Assembly (NCBI RefSeq): GCF_000485595.1 | Contig: NW_014577071.1 | Coordinates: forward strand, 610,942-658,530 | Origin: Priapulus caudatus | Lineage: Eukaryota | DNA: 47,589 nt | Direction of reading: 5' to 3' | Part shown: positions 23,790 through 36,399 of the stretch, piece by piece | Layout: each line of letters opens with the position of its first letter | Position numbering within the stretch: the first letter of the stretch is position 1 | The notes under the pieces: generated by a model | The model's input: only the letters and a program-made list of their open reading frames with translations | Databases searched by the model: none | Told to the model about the DNA's origin: nothing | Made by a program: the position numbers and the translations under genes

Positions 23790-24620
23790 CTCTGGCTGCA
23801 TACATGGCCACGTCTGCCATACAGGGTGTACTGCGCCTGCATGCACCAATCTGTCTACAGACATTACACTGTCTGCATATATCTCTCTACCCGCATGTAC
23901 CTCGCTACCTGCACGGATGACCCTGTATGCATGCTTCACCCTGCCTGCATACATCGCACTATACCTGACTGAGGTGTTCTTCCTGCGTTATATCCACCCT
24001 GCCTGCATGCACCACTCTTCCTACATACATATATAACACTGCCGGCATACATCTCTCTACCCGCATGTTGCTGCTCCCTACCCGCATGCTGCCCCTCCCT
24101 ACCTGCATGATGACCCCGTGATTGTGGTTTTCTGCCTGCGTTAATCACCCCACCTGCCAGCACCATCAGGCCTGCATACCAATCTGCCAGGCAGATCTCA
24201 CCTTGCTTCACCTGCATGCATCATCCTGCTAGAATACACTATTCTACCCGCATGTACCTACATGAATGCACTTGCCCGCATGCACATACTTCAGTCCCTA
24301 CACACACCTCATTGCCTGCGCATACATCCCTGCCTGCATGCACGACCGACCCGGCCTGAATACATCGCCCTAACTGGATACACATCCCTGCCTGCATGCA
24401 TACACCAATATCTGTCTGCATGTACGACCCTGCCTGCATACACATCCATGCCTGCATACACATATACCTGGCTGCACACACATATACCTGCCTGCATGTA
24501 CGACCCTGCCTGCATACACCTATACCTGCCTGCATGTACGACCCTGCCTGCATACACCTATACCTGCCTGCATGTACGACCCTGCCTGCAATCCCTAACT
24601 GTCGATTAGCCAGCCTGCCT
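23790..24620. repeat. Degenerate CCTGCAT-based minisatellite, more homogeneous at 24390-24590
   Basis: Units such as ACCCTGCCTGCATACACCTATACCTGCCTGCATGTACG. Confidence 0.85.
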
Positions 24621-27264
24621 GTGCCATGGCCCCCATGTATGCTCCCATTAAGCTGCAGAAAGACACGTATAAAAAAAAAATTCCATTGTAAAAATCAGAT
24701 TGCTTGCCAATTCATTATCGAGCTTGTAAGCTATCTACCATGTACGCGCGTGAGCTGGGTGCGACGCGTTACCCACGAACCCACGGTTCAGAACCATGCA
24801 CGTTACGCGCGTACATCCGCGCTTAGAATTCAACATACATCGAGTATAATATCGTCGTTTTACGATGTTATAGATCGGTGCTAAAAATCGCGAGTGTCGC
24901 TCGCATAATTATTGCGATCACCACCTGCGCACGAAACCTGATTATTCGTCTGCCTTTGCGTAATTTTACAGATTCTCGAGCCGAGCGTGTTGATTCGATG
25001 AGCTAGAGTCGCTGGCAATGGCATGCGGGAGGGTTAAATTGACTACGTCACGAATTTTCTATGGTAAAAGTTGTAAAAAAAATTGTTGTTATTTTTTTAC
25101 ATTAAAAGTAAGAACTAACGGGACTAAACGTATCCTCAAATTCTTACCTGATAAGATTGTTTCTCAACTAGTTAAAAATCCAAAAAACCTGGACGATTTA
25201 TCAAATTTGTGTTTCTGACATTAATTGCTTGCTATGGGCTATGTATGAGTCACGAGTGTATGTTCACATCGAACAACATAGTAAAATATAAAGTAATAAT
25301 GCAGCAATTTAACCATAGAAAGTGAACAGAATTACTTATATTTTGTTTTATTTTTACTATTTACGGTGACGTAATCACTTTAAACGGGATAGTCAATACG
25401 GGATACGGGATAGATATACGATAGATATACGGGATAGATATACAAGATAGATATACGAAAGCAACGCGTGGGCACCTTAGGACAGCACGGGTAAGCAACA
25501 CGCAACACGCACACGTACACGCACACGCACACGCATACGCATATGCGCATTCACTCGCACGCGTATACGTGCACAAGCATACGTACAATTAAGCAACATC
25601 AAGTTATTGAATACTATCATAGCAAGCAGTATGTAGCCCATGCAGTGAAGCGAATGATAAAATTAAATCTTTACCCCAACACTATGAAAGGCTTGGCTTT
25701 TCAGCTACAATATAGAATTCAAGTGTTTCCGGACGATAGGTAGGTAAATTATTAGTTATATGGATAGAATGAATAACGAAAATATCGATGTTGCTAGAGA
25801 CTAAAAAGATGACAAACTAGAAGTAGAAATTCAGACAGAACTCAGAGGAGTGGTTACCAGCTCGGCTAACCCACAACCTAATCCGTATATCTGAATGTGA
25901 ATTCTGCGAAAGTTCCACAGACTATGTATTTCGTATAGTCCCCGCGCGGCAACCAAACGATAAATGCGCAATTGTGTAACAACGGGGAACCATGAAAACG
26001 AGCGTTTCCAACGATGCGTAAGCTGTAAACAATATCGTAACAATCTAATAATTCCCAAGTGCGTAGCTGTTAAATTTATTATCGGACTCCACGACGAAAT
26101 CGCGTCACATGCTCCCACCACATCTAATCCAATCACAAACGCAATTGTCACAGGACGGTAAAACGCCGTCCGGGAGACTTCTCCGGAGCAAAGGTATCGT
26201 ATAATGTCTATATGATCGTAGAGATTGGATTAATACTACGGCGGTTATTCGACGTTTTCGTGATGAAATCTATGACGATGGGTGCTGGGGCAGACTCTCT
26301 GTCGACATTCTAAGTGTAAAATCGTCGTGTTTTAAGCAATCTCAGGCGAAGACAAATAACTTCGCCTCTCACCATGACGCGCTTTGGTAGTTAGCGTCTG
26401 GTTCCGAAAAAACCTTAAATATTCGGAAAAAAAATGGCGCGCGAAGCACATTAAAATTTATTCAGCCGAAATTTGCATTTCGCAATACCTTAGCTTTAAT
26501 TAATGCGATGCATGTAGCTTTAGTTACAAAGGCTTCTTCGTGGCGAATTCGTGACAGCATCTAGGCCTACTGATTTGTGTTTGAACAGCTTGAGTTGCGG
26601 AAGCATGCGTTGCTTTAATTTTGAAACGCGCTGCTTATCTCTCAGCATCAACTGAACACATATTGCGTTAATTCAATTAATATTTTAACAAATATTTAGT
26701 CATTCGTGGGATGCGTGAATTTCAATTGGAGCTCCATATTCGATTTTAGACTAGAGTGAAGGGAATTGGAAGCCCTGTAGCGTGCTTCCACTTTCATGAA
26801 TTATTCTGGTCATACATTTGCACACAGATGGCAAAATAGCGTATAAAAATCACGTTCGATCGATTAAAGCGAAAATATTATTTTTTTTTAAATTAATACA
26901 ATATTTCTGAAATAATATATTTATCAGTTAGCGAAGCTGGAATATCTGGTTTTATCGGGACGCGTTGATATAGTTCGATCTTTTGTAATTACCATTTCAT
27001 CAATCTAGCTCCATGGAGACTGCGATCAATAGTGCGTTCTCTTTCACACAAAGCCCTCACTTACCTATGGTAATTCGTATTAATGGATTTAGAGATTTAG
27101 GCGAGATTAGAAGACCCCTGCTAAGCGTCCATGAGACGTGGCGGCAAGGCTAGAATAAAGATGAGAAATCGGCACAGTGGGGGAATGAAAGTATAGTCGC
27201 TTTTTTAATTTATTAATTGACAAACGAGCACACGCACGCACGTACGCGCACAAACACACACTCT

Positions 27265-27348
<84 letters not shown>

Positions 27349-27356
27349 CTATTTCT

Positions 27357-27658
27357 CTGTCTTCTCCCTCATGCTTCCATTCTCTACCTTTTTTTATTTC
27401 TCTGTCTTGTTTTTTTTGAGAGATAATAGATTAAATAATGAATCATGACGAATCCCGGATAAAATTGAAGGAAATAGCAGAAACAAGATGGAAGAATGAA
27501 CGCCTATATTAGTTGCTATAAACATAGAAAATCATTCGAGTAAATATTAAATAAAGAATGTGGGTTTATCTCTGATAAAATGTCAGGAAATCCATAAAAT
27601 GAAAACAAGAAGAAATGCACGCCTGTATCGGTTACCAAATATACACAACCACTCACAC
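27357..27658 (+). repeat. Copy 1 of a ~300-bp segment also present at 31588-31876
   Basis: CTGTCTTCTCCCTCATGCT...AATCATGACGAATC...AAACAAGATGGAAGAA...AAATGCACGCCTGTATCG...TTACCAAATATACACAACCACTCACAC occurs in both copies, each between (CT)n and (CA)n. Confidence 0.92.
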
Positions 27659-28847
27659 ACACACACACACACGCAAACGCACACGCACACGCACACAATA
27701 TATATATGCGCGACATTAACGAAGAAATGTTTAAGGACGAAACGTTTTAACATACAATGACAATTGCAATGGCAACAACGACAACGACAGTTGCAATGGA
27801 AACTCGGACATTGATGGCACGTTTCACAACGTTGAAATAACCCCAAGGAGTGTAATCTGCATGAACATTGTAAATATTTTATCACAACCTACGCCTGCCG
27901 AGTAGAAAAAACATTAACTAAAACAGAAAACTTGTACTCGAGTTAATCGTGATTAATGAGCCTACAGACGTTATTAGAACAATTTATCAGCCAGACCATT
28001 TACGCTGTAAAATGTCAATATTCCGTCGACTTTCCCTTTGCTCGCCTCGAGAAAACCTGTCGCTGCATGCATGCCCGTAACCAGCCAGTTCTTTTGCTGT
28101 ATTATATCGTCTTAACGTATTCCTTCCACGTAATATAGCTTTCATGAACATTCTCGAAAAATACTCCGAAGATGATGATGCATGACTAGACAAGCGTGGA
28201 ACCACTCGTGTTCATATACGAAAATATTATATCAGAAAAGATAACGTATAAAATACACGCAAACGCGTGCAACGCCGAACGTGTTTTCGTTTCTCGTAGC
28301 ATCTGATTTTTTTTTTAAATGGCTGAAAATCTGTGATTTTTTTAGTGCGTTAATTCCTCCAAGGTTTTATCCGTAATATCGGATCGCAGTAATGGGATTT
28401 ATTCCTGGGATATTACAGAAGAAATGCTATATATATATTTACATATTTCCTGAGATGCGATCTTGGCTATGCGGTGCATGGGTCGTCTATACAAAGCTAT
28501 CAGGAAACGCGATCGCAGGAAATCTCCCTCCAGAGGCGAAACCTCATCGTATAAATCTATCCAGCTGAAGCAAGCATTTTGACCATAATAAACTTAATCT
28601 TGCAGAATGATCTGCGAATTCTTCCACAATGCGAGCAGTCTTGGGCAAAAGCTCACCATCTGAACACAAATGCGACCAGTCGACCATGACGGTAAAATTC
28701 GATTGAAATAATCAGCAACACATTACAGCCACTGAAATATGAATAAACTAATTTATAACAGATCGAGTAATAATGTGCGAGAATCAATTTGAATTCAATA
28801 ATGTACAACACATTATGGGCATTGAAACCCAAATAAATACATTATAG

Positions 28848-28886
28848 CAGGAGTAGATAATAGGGAATCCCTATTATCTACTCCTG
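28848..28886. mobile_element. 39-bp palindromic insertion with 7-bp TSD (putative P/Galileo-type excision footprint)
   Basis: attatag[CAGGAGTAGATAATAGGG aat CCCTATTATCTACTCCTG]attatag. Perfect 18-bp arms; ATTATAG at 28841-28847 and 28887-28893. Confidence 0.75.
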
Positions 28887-29939
28887 ATTATAGATAGATA
28901 AGCATTAAATCGGATGCGTCTTTATAATGCAGGAGAAAGTGCTTCACTACTAGGTAGCATCTGTAAAAATATCGCGCATAATAGGCTCATATAATATCTA
29001 TTAGTACATGATATATAAGCTGTACAGTACTACTCGAGTCAAAGCTAGGCTACTGAAATATTCATTGCCGCACACGCACACCCACGCGCGCACGCACGCA
29101 CGTACACACACACACACGCACGCATCACAACACACACACACACATCACGCGCGACTACACACACACAAACACATGCTCAGTCAAACAAACACACAACACA
29201 CACACGCACACTCGCAGACTGGCACACGCACACACGACACAGACACACACACCCACACACAGCACACACATATACACACACACCACACGCACACAACAGC
29301 ACATGCACGCACGGCCGCGAACGCACACACCGCACTACACACATCCCAACACTCGCGCGGCGCGCGACACTACACGCACACATACACACACATATATTAT
29401 CAGGAGGTATAATAAGAAATTTGACATTTAATACATAATGAAATTTGTCATTAGTTACCCTTGATAGTATATATCATGAGATATATATATATATATAACA
29501 CCGCCCCCTACGCGAGTCATTATTCTACATTATTTGTGAGTACTACGGACAGAAGGGTCCCCGATGCGAATAACGAAAATCGCATTAGCAAACTCTAGTG
29601 AGACGTAGTGTGGCACGAACCTACATTGCACACCCGTACAGAAACACTCAAATTGCAATGACCCATGGTGATCGGAGGCCGCCGATTCATGAGGGCTGAC
29701 AGCGACAAATTGCACGACAAGACCAATCTCAACGTTTCGTAAGACGTCCACAAAGGTCACGCCATTTACTTACTTGCGTGCATAAATGCAAATTATGGCA
29801 CTAAATATGTCCCGAATTTATGACAGCAAAACACAATTCAAAGAATGCATTTTCTAGAGGCTATGATTATATACTTATATATATATATATATATGTATAA
29901 TATATATAGTGTGTTTAAAAAGTGATCGACATGCTCGCT

Positions 29940-30720
29940 ACCGCTGGGGTCGTTCTGGCTAGGGATGCCCTCACGTTTTGAATTCCATGTTGCAGGGTTA
30001 CTGTGATAGTCTTCTCTCCATAGCGGTATTGTCGACCCGTAAGGTTGAGTCCGTATGGTTGGATGGTGTTTTAGAATTGTTCGATTCCAATAGGCTTCTC
30101 TTTTCTTTCTGTTGCGGATCGAGTGCGTGCATGTTTCGGGTGGTCGGCGAGAAAATTTTCAAGGCCCCTGCCTGAAAAATCGGCTGCGGTGTGGTTGTCG
30201 GGTGTAATAATGAGCATGACGGGTGCTGCTCATGTCTCGTTTGTGAGATTTGTGAGTCTCGTACCTTTGAGCTTGTCCTTCAGGTTTCGCAGTTTGCGGA
30301 ACAAAGGCTCAGCTTTTCTGTGGGTAACTCGCCAACGCTTGTGCGTTTTTTGTTGATATTGATCTGGATTGGAGATGTTGCAGTCCTATCAACTTATAGG
30401 GGTGTCATTAGGGGTGTATCCTATAACTCTTAGCGCGGCTGCAGACGGCGAGGTCTTCTGTAGTTCTTTTTCTCTCTTGTCGTGTTGCGGCGGCGAAGAG
30501 GTAGGAATATTATTACTCGCTGTCTCCGCCGTTGGTTTTGGGGGAGGGTAATCTAAATCCATAAGTGTGTGATAAGGGTGGTGCGTGTACACCGGATGCC
30601 ATGGGATGCTGGCGCGTCCTGGTCTGGTAATTTAAGGACATTATGAAGAAGAGGCCTGGACAGCCCTACGGGACACAAGCTGCGACATGTGCTACCCACG
30701 GGGATTTAGCTGGTTTGGTT
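29940..30720 (-). pseudogene. Possible degraded coding fragment, perhaps the N-terminal region of a retroelement ORF
   Basis: The minus strand is A/C-rich and gives short coding-like peptides (THRKAEPLFRKLRNLKDKL, RYETHKS in an adjacent frame, MDLDYPPPKPT) broken by frameshifts. No diagnostic catalytic motif seen. Confidence 0.25.
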
Positions 30721-30849
30721 TGTTGGGCCATTATGAATTGTTTATAAAAACAAAAAAAATTCTTGTAAAAAAAGTTTTGGTTAAGAAAATTGCTAGCAGC
30801 TAAGTTAGGCAATGAAGGCTTTCTTCATAGCATGTCCTATTGTATATAT

Positions 30850-30882
<33 letters not shown>

Positions 30883-31587
30883 GTATATAAATTAATCCAA
30901 TTATTGCAGCTATAGGTAAACAATTGCGATAATGTTGTATGTTTTGTATTCGTAGGGATCGCTTCCAAATTCTTATGTCACATAAGCGCGAAAGCCAGCA
31001 CTGCATCGCTCACCGCCTCACAGATTGTCTCACCTACGCGACACTTACACCTCGACAACACACGTACAGAAATGGCATAGAGTGGCGAGCAGTGAACGAT
31101 CCAACCGAAGAGCCGAAGAGCTGCTCAAGTACGTCAGCAAGGCATTCCGGGCTTATCATATGGGATCACATAGTTAATTCTCTTACCTCTAATAGTATGT
31201 GTGCTATGGGAAAAATATCTGGTGGGATAACTATATGCCGGATAAAATGTCAGTAAAGCGTAGAAAAATGAAAGGAAATCCCTTCAGCTGTTGCATAGCA
31301 GGTGATAGCCTTCTATTTCTCTCCCGCCCCCCCTCTCCCTCTCTCTCCTCTCCTCCCTTTTTCTTTCTCCTCTCTCTCATCCTCCATCTCTCTCTTTTTC
31401 GCTCTCACTCTCTCTCTCGCTCTTTTTTTTCTCTCCTCTCATCTTCTCTCTTCTCATACGTTCTTTCTTTATTTCTCCCTCTACTGCTCTCTGTCTCTCT
31501 CTCTAATCAATCTCTATCTCCTCTATCTATTCTCCGCTTCTCTTCTTCTCTCTCATCTCTCCTCTCTCTGTCTTTGCTTCTATTCTC

Positions 31588-31876
31588 CTGTCTTCTCCCT
31601 CATGCTCCATCTTCTACTTTTGAATTTCCTGTCTTGTTTTTTTGAGAAATAAAAGATAAATTAATGAAATCATGACGAATCGCGGATAAAAATTAAAGAA
31701 ATAGCAAGAAACAAGATGGAAGAAGAAACGCCTAATATTATTGCTATAACATAGAAAATCATCGAGTAAAATAATAAATAAAATGTTGGTTATCTCTGAA
31801 AAATGTCAGAATCCTATAAAATGAAAACAGAAAATGCACGCCTGTATCGTTACCAAATATACACAACCACTCACAC
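31588..31876 (+). repeat. Copy 2 of the ~300-bp segment at 27357-27658
   Basis: Same anchors as copy 1; differences are mostly single-base indels. Confidence 0.92.
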
Positions 31877-32150
31877 ACACACACACCACGCTAAACGCCA
31901 ACGCACACGCACACGCACGCGCACACGCACGACCACACCACACGCAGCACGCACACGCAACGACGCACACGCAGCACGCACACGCACTGACGCACGACGC
32001 ACACGCACTGAACGCAGCACGCACACACACGGCCCGCACGCACATACGCAGATACGGCACGACACACACACACACACGACACACGAACAGCACAACACAC
32101 ACACATCCGACACACACCACACACACACACACCACAACACATGTAATATA

Positions 32151-32185
<35 letters not shown>

Positions 32186-32645
32186 ATGCATGTACGTCGT
32201 TTGGCAAAAAAATGCATTCCACATCGTATCGCACTAAAAAAACGTAAGCCGTTACTGGAATATTCCAATTAGCACCTGTCAAGCGGGATAATTAACATTG
32301 CACATGACTAGATTGATTCTGCTTCCTGAAATAGAACACGGATGGAGTTTCTTTTCTTGGCCAGGGATGCGTCTCACGGCCACGACAGATGCACAACAGC
32401 GCGCGATGGCACAGCACCACCGACACACACACACAGCACAACACACTCACATAACACACACACCACACAGCACACACACACACACATATCACACACACAC
32501 ACATACACACACACACCACCAAGGCACACAACACACACACACACACCACACACACATACACACACACACACAGCACACGCACACGACACAAACCGCCCCG
32601 CCCCCGCCACTACACACCACACACACACACATCACACACACATAC

Positions 32646-32681
<36 letters not shown>

Positions 32682-33210
32682 ACATACACATACCCCCCGC
32701 CCGCCCCACACACAATACCACACATAGACACACCAAACACACGGCGACCACAAACAAGTCGCGCGCGCGAGCGCGACCGCACTGACGCGACGCGCACCGC
32801 ACGCAACGAACACCACAACGGACACGCACACCACGACGCACAGCACACGCACACGCACAACGAACACCACACATACACATACACAACACATGCACACACA
32901 CGCGCGCGGAGCGTGGATTACAGGGCAACTCCTGGAAAAAATCTCGTTAGGAACGGTTTAGTTATTTTAGTTGTGCGCAGAACGAAACGCGATCCGGGCT
33001 CTCATTAACAGCTTCTAACACTATGGCGTATTACCGTTAGGTCTGGTATCCAACAGTCACGGCAACACCGTAAGGAGTATAAAGCAATCATACAACTATC
33101 CCCATGACTCTTGGTATATTATATTTATATATATTTGAAATATATATATATATATATAATATAAATGCGCGAGTAGTGTGTGTGTGTGTGTGTGTGTGAG
33201 TGTGTGTGTG

Positions 33211-33251
<41 letters not shown>

Positions 33252-33351
33252 GTGTGTTGTGTGAGAAGCGAGAGAGAGATAGTGGTAGTGTGTGTGTGTC
33301 TGCTTGTTTGTTTGAGAGAGAGTGTGTGTGAGCGTGTGTATGTGTGCGCGT

Positions 33352-33398
<47 letters not shown>

Positions 33399-33440
33399 GT
33401 GCGTGTGAGTGGTGTGTGTGTGTGTGTGTGATGTGTGTGT

Positions 33441-33478
<38 letters not shown>

Positions 33479-33779
33479 TGTGTGTGCGTGTACATGTACG
33501 TAAAGTGTGTGCGCGCATGTGCCGCACGTGTGTACGTGTCTGTAGTGGTGAGTGCATGTGTGTGATTCAGCGTTGGTAGATATAATCCATATAATCAAGA
33601 TAGATATAATCGCGAGCGCATGATTAACAAGATGCTAATCACGCGTACTCCGATATAATTATAAATTGTTATCGTAATTATCACTTAGTTAGCATTCTTC
33701 CGGCCGTTCGTCGTCTCTGAGTTATCACACAGTTCCGACAATTATCGTGAAAACCTGCTTACGCAAAGCGGAGACGCAG

Positions 33780-33943
33780 AGCGGAAAGATAGAGAGAGAA
33801 AGAGAGAGAGAGAGAGCGAAGAGCGAGAGAGAGAGCGCGAAGAGAGAGAGAGAGCGCGAAGAGAAAGAGAGAGAGAGAGCGAAGAGGAGAGAAGAGGAGA
33901 GAGAGGATAAGAGAAAGAAAGAAGCAGAGAGAGAGAGAGATAG

Positions 33944-33994
<51 letters not shown>

Positions 33995-34135
33995 TGCGGA
34001 GAGAGAGCGCGGAGAGAGAGAGCGCGGAGAGAGAGAGAAAGAGAGAGATCGCGGAGAGAGAGAGAGCGAAAGAGAGAGAGAGGCGCGCAGGGTGAGAGCG
34101 GAGAGAAAGAGAAAGAGCGGAGATAGAGAAAGAGA

Positions 34136-34168
<33 letters not shown>

Positions 34169-34320
34169 CGGAGATAGAGGAGAGAGAGAGAGTGAGAGAT
34201 CGCGAAGAGAGAGAGACGCAAGAGCGAGAGGAGAGAGAGAGAAAAAGGAGAGAACGGCGGAGAGGAGATACGCGTGCAGAGAGAGAGAGACGCGAGAGAG
34301 GGAGAGGGGGGGGGGTAGAG
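33780..34320. repeat. Imperfect (GA)n tract
   Basis: Direct reading; similar tracts at 37790-38300, 46447-46510 and 47472-47589. Confidence 0.95.
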
Positions 34321-34414
34321 GCGGCATTTAATGTGTTGCTCATGGGCAATTATCGGTCTTGAACAGATGATTGCCTCTCGAGCACGAGTNNNNNNNNNNN
34401 NNNNNNNNNNNNNN

Positions 34415-35470
34415 CCCCGCGCGCCGTGCATGCCGCTCACACCACCCGTCAGCTGAACTATGCACGGCTCCATACCAACGCACGCGTGCATCGACGTACC
34501 CCCGGAAGGAGCAACCGAATATCGGAGGCGACTGCACCAGCAGCCCGCGTGCAGTCGCTCACCGCTCGACGATAATACCCGCGCTCGACAAACCCGCGCC
34601 GCGTGCATCCCGCGTAGTACAGCTGGCCGCCGACTATGAGGCTCCCCGCGACCGCCGTCACCCCGCGTCGCATCCGACTCCCCACCCGAGTGCCACCGAT
34701 ATGTAGGCTCACCAACGCCCGGCGTGCATACCGTACGCGTCACTGATCATGAGGCTACACGGCCGCGCGTCGTGCCATCGCGCGTACCCGTCACCCCGAA
34801 TATACGTCGCTCGGCTACGCCCGCGTGCATCGTACGCCCCGATATAACCGGCTCGCGCACGTTCCGCGTGCATCCGTCCCCCGCCCCGATATAGGGCGCT
34901 TCGGCAACCGCTCTGCGCCTGGCATGGCCGTACCGTTACCGATATGAGGCCTCGCACGCGCGCCGGCGTGCTCTGTTCGCCACCGATATAGGACGGCCAC
35001 CGCGCGGCTCGCCACGCCCGCGTGCATTCGTACCGTCCACGCGATATACCCGCGTCGCGACACGCCCGCGCCGCGTGTATCCATAACCGTCACCGATCTG
35101 AGGCTTCCACGCCCGCGTGCGATCCATACCGCGCCACCGATTCATACCGCTCGCACCGCACCCGCCCGTGTCTCGTACCTGTCACGCGATATGCGGCTCC
35201 CGCACCGCCCGCCTGTGGCAATCCGTACCGTTACGCCGATAAATGAGTGCTCCGCGGCACCACTAATTTAACCCGCGTGCATCCGTGACCGCCATCCCGC
35301 ATATACCGCGCTCGCACGTCCCGCCCCCGGTCGTCCGCGTGCATGCGCCGGTCAGCCTTCGCCGACCCGATATACTCGCTCGCCAACGCGCCGCGTGCAT
35401 TTAAAACCGCCACCGATATACCGGCTCTTGCGAGCGCGCGCATCGCATCCATAGCCGTCACTGATATGGG
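34415..35470. repeat. GC-rich degenerate minisatellite (CGCGTGCATCCGTACCGTCACCGATATA-like core, roughly 40-50-bp units)
   Basis: CGCGTGCAT and CCGATAT motifs recur throughout with heavy indel noise. Confidence 0.75.
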
Positions 35471-35515
35471 GACGAGGCTATGGGCTGCGGTCGTCGATGA
35501 TCTAACACAGCAGAG

Positions 35516-35563
<48 letters not shown>

Positions 35564-35904
35564 AGACGAGAGAGAGAGAGAGAGAGGCAGACGGACCGAG
35601 CTGATGCGTGCATTCATAGCGCATGGCACGAGGATGCTGCGAATCTTCCGCGCGAAGCAGCAAGCTACCGGCGCTGAGGAGAGAGCGACTTGTTTCCAAC
35701 CCATGACCTTATACAACAAACAACAAACAACACTGGCCGCAACCTTGGCGACGCAGGCGTCGTATCAGATCCGCACCGAGAAGAATGAAGGATTGAGATT
35801 TACGCGCGCGATGTTGGCGTTGGAGGTAACAGGACGCGATGGTTTTCACCGAAGACGTTAGATGAAAGCAGCTAGAAGCGCGTAAATGTAATACGACGGA
35901 GCAA

Positions 35905-36399
35905 GTGAGTGTGTAAGAGAGCGAGCGAGTGAGGGCGAGTGAGTGGGTTGGAGAGATGAGTGAGTGAAGTGAGTGAGTGATTGAGTGAGTGAGTGAGTGG
36001 AGTGAGTGAAGTGAGGCGAGTGAGTGGCTTGGAGAAGTGAGGAGTGAGTGAGTGAGTGAGTGACGTGAGGTCGATTGTGAGAGTGAGTGAGATGAGGCGA
36101 AGTGAGTAGCTGAGTGAGTGAGTGAGCTGAGTGAAGTGAGTGAGTGGTGAGTGAGTGAATGAAGCGAGGTGAGTGAGTGAGATGAGGGAGCGAGCGAGTG
36201 GTAGTTAGTCGATGAGTGAGTGAGTGAGTGAGTGAGTCGAGTGACGTGACGTGAGGTGAGTGAGTGATGGTGAGTGAGTGAGTGGAGTGAGGATGAGTGA
36301 GTGAGTGAGTGAGTGAGTGAGTGAGTGAGTGAGGAGTGAGTGAGTGACGTGAGTGAGTGCACTGAGTGAGTGAGTGAGTGAGTGAGTGAGTGAGTGAGT
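35905..36399. repeat. Imperfect (GAGT)n tetranucleotide repeat
   Basis: Direct reading. Confidence 0.95.
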
